Positions 20,708 through 30,493 are shown, counted from the stretch's first letter. The stretch: DNA of 64,000 bases from an uncultured delta proteobacterium (GCA_963828255.1 CAWHDZ010000026.1:49509-113508); one strand, 5' to 3'. Made by a program: numbers and translations. Notes: generated by a model not told the origin, from the sequence alone.

Positions 20708-21019
20708 ATGGACGCGTTTCACCTCCTCGAACCGAAGCGCAACCGGCCCATCGACCCCGGCCTGCTCTCCGACATCCTCCGGAGTGCAGGGATCGGCAAG
20801 GGCGGTCCGCACATCCGCTGCCCCCTCTGCCGCTGGCGGCCCGGGCCGGACGACCGGTGGCTGTGCGGCTGCGGAGAGGTCTGGAACACCTTCCGGACCG
20901 GCGGCGAGTGTCCAGCCTGCCTCCACCAGTGGACCAAGACCAGCTGCCTGGCCTGCCACCGCTGGTCGCCGCACCAGGCCTGGTACGAACGCGCTCCCGA
21001 CCCGGGCGCCGGGGCCTGA
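20708..21019 (+). CDS. Small Cys-rich putative zinc-binding protein
   Basis: CPLC..CGC..CPAC..CLAC..H; GGAG RBS. Confidence 0.7.
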   Translation: MDAFHLLEPKRNRPIDPGLLSDILRSAGIGKGGPHIRCPLCRWRPGPDDRWLCGCGEVWNTFRTGGECPACLHQWTKTSCLACHRWSPHQAWYERAPDPGAGA

Positions 21020-21032
21020 GGGAGCGCACCCG

Positions 21033-21926
21033 ATGCCGGTCCTCGTCGAGATGACGTCCATCGTCGGGCCAGCGGAGATCCTGCGCCACGCCCTCGGGGC
21101 CGGCGGCCACTCCCCGGCGGACGACGGCGCGCTCGTCGCGGTCCCGTTTCGCGGCCACGCCCCGATGCGCGAGGCGCTTCGCCGGCTCGAGCGCGAGGGG
21201 CACGCTCCCTCGCGAGCCGCCGAGCCCGGCGACGTCGCCCTCGTGGACCAGGTCCAGGGACCGGGGCTCTGGTGGCCGTGGCTCGAGCTGGCGGTCGTCG
21301 AGGCGCCCGGTGGCGGCCGTGTCCTGGCGGCACGACGGACCGGCGACGCGCGCGACGAGGTCACGGTCCCGCCGGGGTGGAGCTTCCGGGGAAGCGCGAG
21401 CGCGACGTGGGGCGTGGGGGATCTCTCCGTCGCCGATCGGCCGCTCCGGCACGTCCGGAGAAAGGAGGAGCTCGACCTCTACGCCGACCGGTGGACCGGC
21501 GAGGAGGTGAGGCTCCGGCGGGAGCACGCCCGGGTTCGCGTTTCCGTGCGCGCACCGGGGGGAGGGGGCGGCCAGGTGGGCGCGGAGCTGGTCTCCCGGT
21601 GGGAGGAGATCGAGGTCGGCCTCATGTTCCGCGACGCCCTCGGTCCGGACGAGGGGATGCTCTTCCGGTTCGGCGAACCGCGCCTCCAGGCATTCTGGAT
21701 GAAGAACACCCGGGTCCCGCTCGACATCCTGTTCCTCGACGGGGCCGGCAAGGTCGTGAACGTCGCCGAGCGGGCCGAGCCGCTGCGGGCGGCGAAGCAC
21801 CGATCGGCCGTTCCGGTCCCGGACGTGCTGGAGGTGCCGGGCGGATGGTGCGCGGCGCACGGCGTCGGCGCGGGATCGAGGGTGACGGTGCTGGACCCGG
21901 CGCCGGCTCCCGGGCCCCGCTCCTGA
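21033..21926 (+). CDS. Unknown N-terminal domain fused to DUF192-like domain
   Basis: C-terminal GLMFRDALGPDEGMLF..FWMKNTRVPLDILF..VLEVPGG. Confidence 0.75.
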   Translation: MPVLVEMTSIVGPAEILRHALGAGGHSPADDGALVAVPFRGHAPMREALRRLEREGHAPSRAAEPGDVALVDQVQGPGLWWPWLELAVVEAPGGGRVLAARRTGDARDEVTVPPGWSFRGSASATWGVGDLSVADRPLRHVRRKEELDLYADRWTGEEVRLRREHARVRVSVRAPGGGGGQVGAELVSRWEEIEVGLMFRDALGPDEGMLFRFGEPRLQAFWMKNTRVPLDILFLDGAGKVVNVAERAEPLRAAKHRSAVPVPDVLEVPGGWCAAHGVGAGSRVTVLDPAPAPGPRS

Positions 21927-21936
21927 CGGGCGCAGC

Positions 21937-23088
21937 CTACGGCTGCATCCTTCCGTGAAGGAACCGCACCAGCGCCTCGGTTTTCGGCACCATCGACGAG
22001 AGCTCGATGAACTCCTCGTGCGTGTGGAAGCCCGCGCCGCGCGGCCCCAGCCCGTCGATCGACGGTACCCCCGCCGCGCCGGTGACCGCCGCGTCCGATC
22101 CGCCGCCGGAGAGGGGCGCCTCGCCGGAGCCCAGGCCAGCCAGCCGCTGGCATTCTCCGTACTCCGCCGCGAGCGCCGCCGAGGCCTCGGTCCGCACCAG
22201 CGAGGGCCGGCTGCCGGGGCGCAGCACCTCGATGCGCGTCCCGGGGACCGCCACCTCCAGTGCCGCCTGCGCGATGCTCGAGAGCGTGTCCGCGGCGTCG
22301 CCCGGCGCGAGGAAGCGCACGTCCACCTCGCACCGCGCCTCGGCCGGAACCGTGTTGCGCGTCGCCCCCCCCTCGAACCGCCCGACGCTGACCGTGACTC
22401 CGCGTGAATAGTCGGTGAGCCCCTGGATCCGGTCCACGAAGCGGGAGAGCGCCCAGACCGCGTTCTTCCCCTTCTCGTGATCGCCGCCGGCGTGGGCGGC
22501 GACCCCGTGGGCCCGCGCGTCGAGCGAGGCGACCCCCTTTCTGCGGGTCACGATGAGGTCCCCGCCTCGACCCGATTCGAGCCCGAGCGCCGCCGCCGCG
22601 CCGCGCACCTTCGAGACGGTGATCGGCTGCGAGGTGGGCGAGCCCACCTCCTCGTCGGCCACGACGATGCCGTGTACCGCGACCCGGTCCAGCAAGCCCG
22701 CCTCGCGCAGCGCCCGCAGCGCGAAGATCCCCACCACGAGCCCCCCCTTCATGTCGAGGACGCCCGGTCCGAGCGCCCGCTCACCTTCGACCCGGTAGCC
22801 CTCGAAGGTGCCCGGGGGGAAGACCGTGTCGCAGTGGCCGATGAGGAAGGTGAACGGCCCGGGGGCCGGGCCGGCGAAGGAGAGGTGGTCGCCGAAGGCG
22901 CCGCCGGGGATCCGCTCCACCGCGACGCCGCTCGAGCGGAGCTCGCCCTCGACCACCGAGGCCACCGCGTTCACGCCCGGCACGTTTCGCGTGAAGGAGT
23001 TCTGGTCCACCAGGCGGCGCAGCAGCGCCTCCATCGCGGGGCGCTCCGCGGAGAGCCACGACACGGCCTTCTCGAGCGAGGGATCCAC
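21937..23088 (-). CDS. M20-family metallopeptidase/amidohydrolase (carboxypeptidase G2/ArgE-like)
   Basis: GHCDTVF, GPGVLDMKGG, DEEVGS, GGSDA, DGLGPRGAGFH; GGAGG RBS before GTG 23088. Confidence 0.88.
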   Translation of the reverse strand: MDPSLEKAVSWLSAERPAMEALLRRLVDQNSFTRNVPGVNAVASVVEGELRSSGVAVERIPGGAFGDHLSFAGPAPGPFTFLIGHCDTVFPPGTFEGYRVEGERALGPGVLDMKGGLVVGIFALRALREAGLLDRVAVHGIVVADEEVGSPTSQPITVSKVRGAAAALGLESGRGGDLIVTRRKGVASLDARAHGVAAHAGGDHEKGKNAVWALSRFVDRIQGLTDYSRGVTVSVGRFEGGATRNTVPAEARCEVDVRFLAPGDAADTLSSIAQAALEVAVPGTRIEVLRPGSRPSLVRTEASAALAAEYGECQRLAGLGSGEAPLSGGGSDAAVTGAAGVPSIDGLGPRGAGFHTHEEFIELSSMVPKTEALVRFLHGRMQP

Positions 23089-23146
23089 TTCGTCCACCTC
23101 CAAGGGGCCGCGTGCCAGCGCGCCCGGGCGGGTATATGGTTTCATC

Positions 23147-24211
23147 ATGGCAGGACGCAAGCGCTTCAGGGCCGCGGTGATCGGTGGCTCGGGCTACGGC
23201 GGCGCCGAGATGATCCGGCGCCTCCTTCTCCACCCCGACGTCGAGCTCTGCCGGGTGGCGTCGGTGGACTTCGTGGGGGAGCCGCTCGGGGCGGCCCACC
23301 CGTCGCTCGAGGGGCGCTCCGACCTGGTCTTCGAGAACGTCGCGCCGGCGGCCGCCGCCGAGGGGATGGACGTCGTCCTCCTCGGCCTGCCTCACAAGGT
23401 CACCGCCCAGAAGGTTCCGGAGATCGCGGCGTTGCCCGGGGTGAAGGTGGTGGACATGTCCGGCGACTTCCGGCTCCAGGACGTCGCCGCCTACGAGAGG
23501 TACTACGGGCAGCCCCACCCCCATCCGGAGCTGCTCCCCGGATTCGTCTACGGCCTGCCCGAGCTGAACCGCGAGCGCATCCGCCTCGCCCGCTTCGTGG
23601 CCTCGCCCGGCTGCTTCGCCACCTCCATCGAGCTGGGGCTCCTGCCCCTGGCCCGCGCCGGGCTCCTCGAGGGCGTGGTCCACGTCCAGGGCATCACCGG
23701 AAGCTCCGGGTCCGGCGTGGCCCCGCAGGCCACCACCCACCACCCGGTCCGGGCCGGGAACCTCCGGGCGTACAAGCCCCTCTGGCACCAGCACGTCCCG
23801 GAGGTGGAGGAGACGCTGGCCGCCGCCGGGGCGCGCGACCTCCAGCTGCGCTTCGTGCCGGTCTCGGCGCCGCTGGTGCGCGGGATCCTCACCACCTCCT
23901 TCCTGGAGCTCCCCGAGGAGTGGACCGGGGAGCGGCTCGCGTCGCTCTACCGCGACGCCTTCGCGGGGGAGCCGTTCGTGCGGGTCCCGGCGCGGCGGCT
24001 TCCGGAGGTGGCGGCGGTCTCCGGCTCCAACTTCGCCGAGGTGGGCGTGGCGGCCGGGCCGGCCTGGCGCGGGTGGAGGACGGTGACGGTGGTCTCGGCC
24101 ATCGACAACCTCATCAAGGGCGGGGCCGGGCAGGCCATCCAGAACATGAACCTCGTGCTCGGTCTCGACGAGAGCTGCTCGCTCGGGGACCCAGGCCCCT
24201 GGCCCCCGTGA
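23147..24211 (+). CDS. argC: N-acetyl-gamma-glutamyl-phosphate reductase
   Basis: GGSGYGG, DMSGDFRL, YGLPEL, ASPGCFAT, DNLIKGGAGQAIQNMN. Confidence 0.93.
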   Translation: MAGRKRFRAAVIGGSGYGGAEMIRRLLLHPDVELCRVASVDFVGEPLGAAHPSLEGRSDLVFENVAPAAAAEGMDVVLLGLPHKVTAQKVPEIAALPGVKVVDMSGDFRLQDVAAYERYYGQPHPHPELLPGFVYGLPELNRERIRLARFVASPGCFATSIELGLLPLARAGLLEGVVHVQGITGSSGSGVAPQATTHHPVRAGNLRAYKPLWHQHVPEVEETLAAAGARDLQLRFVPVSAPLVRGILTTSFLELPEEWTGERLASLYRDAFAGEPFVRVPARRLPEVAAVSGSNFAEVGVAAGPAWRGWRTVTVVSAIDNLIKGGAGQAIQNMNLVLGLDESCSLGDPGPWPP

Positions 24212-24219
24212 GGAAGATC

Positions 24220-25713
24220 ATGACCATTCACCCCTGGTCAATGCTGGCCGCCGCCGTCGTCGCCGCGCTGCTGGCCTCCCCGGCCCTCGCCCAGGGTCCA
24301 GCCCCGGAAGGCGGACCCCTGAAGGTGGACCTGCCGCCCATCGCGACGCGCCCCACCGGGATCCGGCTGCCCGGCAAGGTGATCTGGTTCGACCTGCTCT
24401 CCTCCGATCCTGGCAAGGTCATGCCCTTCTACGAGGGAGTGCTGGGCTGGACCATGGGGGACCGGGGCGGCTACGCCGTCGCAAGGGACGGGGACGTCCC
24501 CGTGGCGGGGATCCTCCGCATGCCGGCCCCGGCTGAGGGGACTGCTGCGCCGCAGTCGCGCTGGATGCCGCTCGTCTCCGTGCCCGACGTCGCGGCCGCG
24601 GTGGATGCGGTGAAGAAGGCGGGAGGGAGCGTGCTGGAGGGGCCGGGCAGCCTGGGCCGGCGAGGGGCCTACGTGGCCGTGGCCGACCCGCGGGGCGCGC
24701 AGTTCGTCCTCGTGACGGCGACAGGCGGCGATCCGGTGGACGCCGACGCACCGCCGCCGGGGTGGATCTGGGCCGAGCTCTGGACCGACGACCCCAAGGG
24801 TTCGGCGAAGTTCTACAAGGCGGCGGTGGGCTACGAGACCTGGCAGGTGGGGGCCGGGAAGCAGGCCACCTGGATCTTCGCCTCGGGAGGGCGTCCCCGG
24901 GCCCGCGCCGCGCGCATGCCCTTCGAGAAGGTCCCGCCCCAGTGGCTGCCCTACGTGGTGGTGGCGGATCTGAAGCTCGCGCTCTCGCGGGTGGCCGAGT
25001 ACGGCGGCCAGGTGCTGCGCAGGCCGGGCGCGAAGGGGGCGCAGTTCGCGGTGGTCTCCGACCCCGGGGGCGCGGTCTTCATCCTGGAGCAGCGCCCCGA
25101 GCAGCCGGCCGAGGACCTCGCGAAGACGTCCGGCGCGGCAGCGGGCGGCGCGGCCACCGCGGCCGCCGCGGCGCCCATCCCTCCGGCTCCGCCTCCCGAT
25201 GCCCCTGCCGACGCCTACGGACTCGACGCCGCCCAGCAGAAGGCCGAGCAGGAGGCCGCGGCCCAGGCCGTCCTCGCCCAGCCCGGGCAGATCACCGCCA
25301 TGCCGTCCGGCGACCTCGGTGCGGAGGTGGTCGTCGCGGTTCCTCAACCCTTCGTCAACGTCTGGATCGCCCCGCCGGCCTGGGGGCCCTACTGGGGAGG
25401 CGCGGGCTGGGGCTTTCCCCCCGGCTGGATCGGGGCGCCCTGGTGGGGAATGCCTCCGGTCTGGGGCCCGGGCTTTCCGCCTCCCTACCGTCCCGGCGGC
25501 GGCGGTTACTACCCGGGATACCGGCCACCTCCCCGCCCGGGCGGAGGCTCCGGCCCCCGGCCGCCCCCTCCGGGCTACCGTGCCCCGGCGCCTTCCCCGC
25601 GCGGTGGCGTGTCGGCCCCGGCTCCGTCCACGCGCTCCGCGCCTGCACCGTCGGTTCGCCCCTCGGCGCCCTCCGCTCCCCGCCCCGCACCCGCCGCACC
25701 CCGTCCCCGCTAG
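24220..25713 (+). CDS. Exported tandem VOC/glyoxalase-domain protein with Pro/Gly/Trp-rich tail
   Basis: Signal peptide (ALA-Q); PGKVIWFDLL..FYEGVLGW..DPRGAQF repeated; low-complexity C-terminus. Confidence 0.75.
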   Translation: MTIHPWSMLAAAVVAALLASPALAQGPAPEGGPLKVDLPPIATRPTGIRLPGKVIWFDLLSSDPGKVMPFYEGVLGWTMGDRGGYAVARDGDVPVAGILRMPAPAEGTAAPQSRWMPLVSVPDVAAAVDAVKKAGGSVLEGPGSLGRRGAYVAVADPRGAQFVLVTATGGDPVDADAPPPGWIWAELWTDDPKGSAKFYKAAVGYETWQVGAGKQATWIFASGGRPRARAARMPFEKVPPQWLPYVVVADLKLALSRVAEYGGQVLRRPGAKGAQFAVVSDPGGAVFILEQRPEQPAEDLAKTSGAAAGGAATAAAAAPIPPAPPPDAPADAYGLDAAQQKAEQEAAAQAVLAQPGQITAMPSGDLGAEVVVAVPQPFVNVWIAPPAWGPYWGGAGWGFPPGWIGAPWWGMPPVWGPGFPPPYRPGGGGYYPGYRPPPRPGGGSGPRPPPPGYRAPAPSPRGGVSAPAPSTRSAPAPSVRPSAPSAPRPAPAAPRPR

Positions 25714-25722
25714 GAGAAGCCC

Positions 25723-26541
25723 TTGAAGACCGTGGTCGTGAAGATCGGCGGCGAGATCACCGCCACGCCGGAGATGGATGCCGTCGCCCAGGACGTCCGC
25801 GCCCTTCTCGAGGAGGGGCACCGGGTCAGCATCGTCCACGGTGGCGGGCCCCAGGCCACGGCGCTCCAGAAGAAGCTCGGGCTCGAGACCCGGATGGTGG
25901 CGGGGAAGCGCTTCACCGACCCGGAGACGCTCGAGGTCATGAAGTACGCGGTGGCTGGCAAGGTGAACGTGGACGTCTGCGCCCGCCTCCTCGCCAACGG
26001 GGTGCTGGGCGTCGGCCTCCACGGGGCCAGCGGCCACGTCATCGCCGCCCGCCGCCGCCCGCCGCGCGTGCTGACCGGGGCCGGCCCCGACCCGGTGGAT
26101 CTCGGCCTGGTGGGGGACGTGGTGGGCTTCAACCTCCCCTTCCTCGGCGACCTCTGGGCCCGCGGCTACGTGCCGGTGCTGGCCTGCCTGGGCTGCGACC
26201 GGGAGGGGCAGCCGCTCAACATCAACGGCGACACGGTGGCGAGCCAGCTGGCCGGCGCGCTGCGGGCCGACGCGCTCGTGCTGGTCACCTCGGCGCCCGG
26301 CGTGCTGCGCGACGTGAAGGATCCCGGAAGCCGCATCCCCCGGATCACCCATGGTGACTTCACCCGGGGTGTCGCGGACGGGTCGATCTCCGGCGGGATG
26401 ATCCCCAAGCTGGAGGAGTCCTTCGAGGTGCTGAAGGACGGGGCCCGATCGGTGGTCATCGTGGGGCGCCTCGCCCCGGGCGACCTGCGCCGCGCCGTCC
26501 TCGAGCCGGGGAGCGTGGGGACCGTGCTCGTCGAGGGGTAG
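25723..26541 (+). CDS. argB: Acetylglutamate kinase
   Basis: VVKIGG, VHGGGPQ, NINGD, GGMIPKL. Confidence 0.92.
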   Translation: MKTVVVKIGGEITATPEMDAVAQDVRALLEEGHRVSIVHGGGPQATALQKKLGLETRMVAGKRFTDPETLEVMKYAVAGKVNVDVCARLLANGVLGVGLHGASGHVIAARRRPPRVLTGAGPDPVDLGLVGDVVGFNLPFLGDLWARGYVPVLACLGCDREGQPLNINGDTVASQLAGALRADALVLVTSAPGVLRDVKDPGSRIPRITHGDFTRGVADGSISGGMIPKLEESFEVLKDGARSVVIVGRLAPGDLRRAVLEPGSVGTVLVEG

Positions 26542-26545
26542 CCCC

Positions 26546-27796
26546 TCAAGAACGCACGTCCCGCTCCTCCTCCGGCTTCACCCTCCGGAAATCGCGCCAG
26601 AGCAGGAGGTCGTAGAGGATCTTCAGGCCCCCGGCCACGAAGAAGGGCACGCTGGCCAGCGCCGGCACGGCGAAGAGCGGTCCGGCCAGGAGCGGCGCCA
26701 CCGAGGATCCGATGGTCCGGGCCATGCCGGTGACCCCGGCCGCCGCCGACCGCTCGTCGGGCGCCACCACCGCCATGGTGTAGGACTGGCGCGTCGGCAC
26801 GTCCATCTGGGAGATGGAGAAGCGAAGCAGCAGCACGCCGATGGCGAGCGGCAGGGTGGGCATGAGGGGCACGAGCACGAGGAGGACGTTGGAGGGCAGG
26901 TGGGTGAACACCATGGTGTTCAGCAGGCCGAAGCGGTTCGCCAGCCACCCGGCCGAGAGCGCCGAGATCCCCGCCAGCACGTTGGCCCCGAAGAAGATGG
27001 CGCCCAGCGTGGCCTCGTCGGCCCCGAACCGCGCGTGGAACCACCAGGCCACGAAGCTCTGCACCACGAAGCCGCCGGCGAGGGCGTCGAGCGCGAAGAG
27101 GGACGAGAGCCGGAAGACCACCTTCCTCGATCCGCGCAGCCCGAGCCCGGGCTCGAGGAACGAGGGACGGCGGTCCCGGCGCTCCGTCGGCGGTGGTTCC
27201 ACGGCGGGGCCGAGCCGCGTGAAGAGCAGGAGCAGCGCGGCGCCCAGCACCGCGTATCCCAGGACCACGGCGCGGTTGGCGGCGAGCGGCGTCGCGCCGC
27301 CCGCCTGGAGCCCCTGCGAGAGGAGCCCGCCGGCCAGCGATCCGAGCGCGGTGGCGAAGGAGCCGACCAGCGCGTACCAGGAGAAGACCTGCGTGCGCCG
27401 CTCGCCCGGGACGGCCTGCGCCAGGGCCGCCTGCTCGATGGCCAGGAACGGGCCGACCTCGTTGCCGGCCGGGCTGATGATCCCGATGGTGGCGGCGAGG
27501 AGGAGCACCCAGAAGGAGGAGGTGGCGGCGAAGAGGAGGCCGGCGAGGACCATCATGGCCGCGCCGAGGAGCAGCATCCGCCGGCGCCCGATGCGATCGG
27601 CGTGGGTGGTGATCCAGAGGGAGAGGACGGTGTCGCCGAGGAGGGTCAGCGAGAGCAGCAGCCCGATGCGCCCCTCGGAGAGGCCGGCCTCGGAGAGGTA
27701 GAGGACCAGCACCACCGCCAGGAAGCCGTAGGAGAAGAGGCGCAGGCTGCGGGTGGTGAAGAGCAGCACGACGTCGCGGGAGGGGCGGGTGGCCAC
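26546..27796 (-). CDS. MFS transporter
   Basis: ADRIGRRR motif A, about 12 TM, SQMDVPTRQSY. Confidence 0.9.
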   Translation of the reverse strand: MATRPSRDVVLLFTTRSLRLFSYGFLAVVLVLYLSEAGLSEGRIGLLLSLTLLGDTVLSLWITTHADRIGRRRMLLLGAAMMVLAGLLFAATSSFWVLLLAATIGIISPAGNEVGPFLAIEQAALAQAVPGERRTQVFSWYALVGSFATALGSLAGGLLSQGLQAGGATPLAANRAVVLGYAVLGAALLLLFTRLGPAVEPPPTERRDRRPSFLEPGLGLRGSRKVVFRLSSLFALDALAGGFVVQSFVAWWFHARFGADEATLGAIFFGANVLAGISALSAGWLANRFGLLNTMVFTHLPSNVLLVLVPLMPTLPLAIGVLLLRFSISQMDVPTRQSYTMAVVAPDERSAAAGVTGMARTIGSSVAPLLAGPLFAVPALASVPFFVAGGLKILYDLLLWRDFRRVKPEEERDVRS

Positions 27797-27839
27797 GCCC
27801 CGGTTATATGCGGCGACGGACCCGTCGAGGAGGTACACC

Positions 27840-28239
27840 GTGCCCGAGTCCCCCGGCTTCGTCGCCTTCGCCGTCGAGCTGCTCTCCCGCGTCGGCCCGG
27901 TGCGTGCCCGCGCCATGTTCGGCGGCCACGGCGTCTACTGCGGAGATCTCGATGATCGGCCTGGTGGACGACGACGAGATCTTCCTCAAGACCGACGGGG
28001 AGACCCGGCCGCGTTTCGAGGGGGCGGGGTGCCGGCAGTGGGTCTTCACCGGCGGCGGCAAGGAGATGAGGTCGAGCTACTTCCGGCCGCCCGACGAGGC
28101 CCACGAGTCGCCCGAGGACATGGAACCGTGGGGACGGCTTGCGCTCGAGGCGGCGCGGAGGACGGCGAAGGCGAAGAGGGCAAAGACATCGAAAAGAAAA
28201 GGGAAAATAGCGAACAAGTCGATCCGGAAACGTCCTTGA
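27840..28239 (+). pseudogene. TfoX/Sxy N-terminal-domain protein, frameshifted near 27950
   Basis: VRARAMFGGHGVYCGDL in one frame continues as MIGLVDDDEIFLKTD..SYFRPP..WGRLALEAA in the next (one extra base). Confidence 0.75.
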
Positions 28240-28264
28240 CGGACAACCATACGACCAGTACGGC

Positions 28265-28470
28265 TATCCACTCGTGGACGTCTCCGAGCGCGACGCGCTC
28301 TACCGCGCCATGGAGGAACCGTAGGTGTTCGTCGTCGACACCAACGTGCTCGTCTACGCGGCGAACGCCGGCTCCCCATTTCACCCTGCGTGAAAGTAGG
28401 CCCTCGAGTCGTGGCGGCGCGCGCCGGGCGCCTGGTACGGCACCTGGGCCTTCGTGGAGTCGCTGCTCGC
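28265..28470 (+). pseudogene. Degraded vapBC toxin-antitoxin remnant
   Basis: Antitoxin-like tail YPLVDVSERDALYRAMEEP*, then GTG 28325 MFVVDTNVLVYAAN (PIN motif) with in-frame TGA and TAG, then ALESWRRAPGAWYGTWAFVESLL. Confidence 0.7.
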
Positions 28471-28475
28471 CCCCC

Positions 28476-29507
28476 TCACGCGAACGGCACCACGTCCACC
28501 GCGTCCCCCGCCGAGACGCCCAGGAGCCGGGCGGCCTCCCCGGGGATCCGCACCCGCCCGCCCGCCACCCGCGCCCGCGTCCGCACGGCCCGGAAGCGAT
28601 CCGGCCCGGAGGAGCGCACCACCCCCGCGAGCACCTCGGGATCGCGCCGCGAGGCCTCGAGCGGCTCCCCCGCCAGCTCGAGCCGGCGGTGCGCGCGCAC
28701 CAGGGAGATCTCGGCCAGCTTCGCCTCGTAGTGCGGGCCGCCGTCGAAGGGGTCGATGCGGTCCACGTGGCGGAAGCCGATGCGGGCCAGCATCCGGCGC
28801 GCCCCCTCGGTGCTCCGCCCCACCTTCCCGAGCGCCTTCTGGACCCGGGGCGGGAGCAGGGTCGCGTAGAACTCGCCCCCCGGGAAGAGCTGCTGGATGA
28901 ACTCCTTGCCGCGGCGCGAGAGCTTGTCGGCGTCCTGGTAGTCGAGCCCCGTGAAGCGCCGGCCGAAGCTCTCCCAGAAGGCGCTTCGGCCGTCCTTCGC
29001 GAGCGGCGGCATGAGCTCGGCGAGCACCGTGTCCCGGAAGCGGTCGGGGAACATGGCCATGAAGAGGAAGCGCACCAGCGAGAGCTGCTTTCCGGGCCGG
29101 TCGGGGCCGCGCCGCGACCGTGGGTCCACGACCAAGCCTCCGATCTCGGTGGGTCCGTCGAAGTGGAAGCCGATGGAGAGCACCCGGTGCCGGAAGTGGC
29201 GGTCCAGGGTGGAGGAGTAGCTCTCACGCTCGGTGACATCGAGGAAGGTGCAAGGGGACGCGCGGGTGCCGTGCTGGGCGATCACCATCGAGGTGCCCAG
29301 CACCCGGCCGCGGCGCGGGTCCTCGAGCACGAAGACGTAGCTGCGGCGCAGCGGGTCGGCGATGCGCCCGGCGAAGCTCCGCACCGACCGCTCGATGATG
29401 CCCGAGAGCGCCCGCTCGTCGGCCGGCAGGTTCACCGAGTTGAGCACCCGGGCCAGCGCCTTCAGCCGGGGCAGGTCGGACTTCCGGACGTCGCGGAGCA
29501 CGAGCAC
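28476..29507 (-). CDS. astA: Arginine N-succinyltransferase family protein
   Basis: [54 protein letters not shown]. Confidence 0.85.
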   Translation of the reverse strand: MLVLRDVRKSDLPRLKALARVLNSVNLPADERALSGIIERSVRSFAGRIADPLRRSYVFVLEDPRRGRVLGTSMVIAQHGTRASPCTFLDVTERESYSSTLDRHFRHRVLSIGFHFDGPTEIGGLVVDPRSRRGPDRPGKQLSLVRFLFMAMFPDRFRDTVLAELMPPLAKDGRSAFWESFGRRFTGLDYQDADKLSRRGKEFIQQLFPGGEFYATLLPPRVQKALGKVGRSTEGARRMLARIGFRHVDRIDPFDGGPHYEAKLAEISLVRAHRRLELAGEPLEASRRDPEVLAGVVRSSGPDRFRAVRTRARVAGGRVRIPGEAARLLGVSAGDAVDVVPFA

Positions 29508-29551
29508 GGCCGGAGATTGGCACGGGCCGGTGCGCGTGTCATGAAGGGCGC

Positions 29552-29995
29552 ATGCGATCGGTGGTGCAGCGGGTGTCGCGGGGAGTGGTGCGGGTGGACC
29601 GGCAGGTGGTGGGCGAGGTGGGGCGCGGCCTGGTGGTCCTCCTCGGTGTGGCGGACGGGGACTCCTCCGAGGACGCCGGCTGGACGGCCGACAAGCTGGC
29701 CCAGCTGCGCATCTTCGAGGACGAGGCCGGCAAGATGAACCGGTCGGTCAGGGACGTGGGCGGCTCGGTGCTCCTCGTCTCCCAGTTCACGCTGCTCGGC
29801 GACGCCCGCAAGGGCAACCGCCCCAGCTTCACCGGGGCCGCCCCGCCGGAGACGGCGAACGCCCTCTACGAGCAGGTGGCCGGACTGCTGCGCGCCCGCG
29901 GCCTCACGGTCGCGACCGGGGTCTTCCGGGCCCACATGGAGGTGGAGCTCGTCAACGACGGGCCGGTGACCCTGCTCCTCGACTCGCGGCGCTGA
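29552..29995 (+). CDS. dtd: D-aminoacyl-tRNA deacylase
   Basis: [25 protein letters not shown]. Confidence 0.96.
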   Translation: MRSVVQRVSRGVVRVDRQVVGEVGRGLVVLLGVADGDSSEDAGWTADKLAQLRIFEDEAGKMNRSVRDVGGSVLLVSQFTLLGDARKGNRPSFTGAAPPETANALYEQVAGLLRARGLTVATGVFRAHMEVELVNDGPVTLLLDSRR

Positions 29996-30059
29996 TCGGT
30001 CCGCGGTATCCTCTCACCGACCGTGCGGCCCGACCGGCCGCCCACGAGCGAGGTGACCT

Positions 30060-30404
30060 GTGGCCGACTGCCTCTTCTGCAAGATCGCGCGCAAGGAGGT
30101 CCCCGCCAGCCTCCTCTACGAGGACGAGGACGCGCTGGCCTTCGAGGACATCAACCCGCAGGCCCCGGTCCACGTGCTGGTGGTCCCCAGGCGGCACATC
30201 CCGACGCTGAACGACCTCACTCCGGCCGACGACGCGCTGGTCGGCAAGCTGGCCCGCATCTCCGCGACCATCGCCCGGGATCGGGGCATCGCCGAGGCCG
30301 GCTGGCGCAGCGTGGTCAACGTGAACCGGGAGGGAGGCCAGCTCATCTTCCACGTCCACATGCATTGCATGGGCGGACGACCGATGTTCTGGCCACCTGG
30401 CTAG
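30060..30404 (+). CDS. Histidine triad (HIT) nucleotide-binding protein
   Basis: CLFCKI, DINPQAPVH, HVHMH, WPPG. Confidence 0.94.
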   Translation: MADCLFCKIARKEVPASLLYEDEDALAFEDINPQAPVHVLVVPRRHIPTLNDLTPADDALVGKLARISATIARDRGIAEAGWRSVVNVNREGGQLIFHVHMHCMGGRPMFWPPG

Positions 30405-30493
30405 CGCCCGGGGTGTCAAGGCCCCCCGGTCCGAATTTCGTGCCGCGGTGCGGCTTGAAGATGGGGGCGGTCATCTGGGATCACAGGTGTCCC

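Noticed and set aside
25380..25710. Pro-rich stretch as a DNA repeat element
   Set aside because: Low-complexity coding sequence with no fixed nucleotide period
22477..25713. 1078-aa ORF and similar N-terminal extensions (80-2059, 12117-14405, 31510-34101, 39801-41978, 53524-55770)
   Set aside because: Only the C-terminal parts look like protein; the upstream parts overlap real genes, so starts were re-assigned
28391..28399. Selenocysteine or pyrrolysine recoding of TGA/TAG in the PIN remnant
   Set aside because: Two stops plus a deletion and no evident SECIS point to decay
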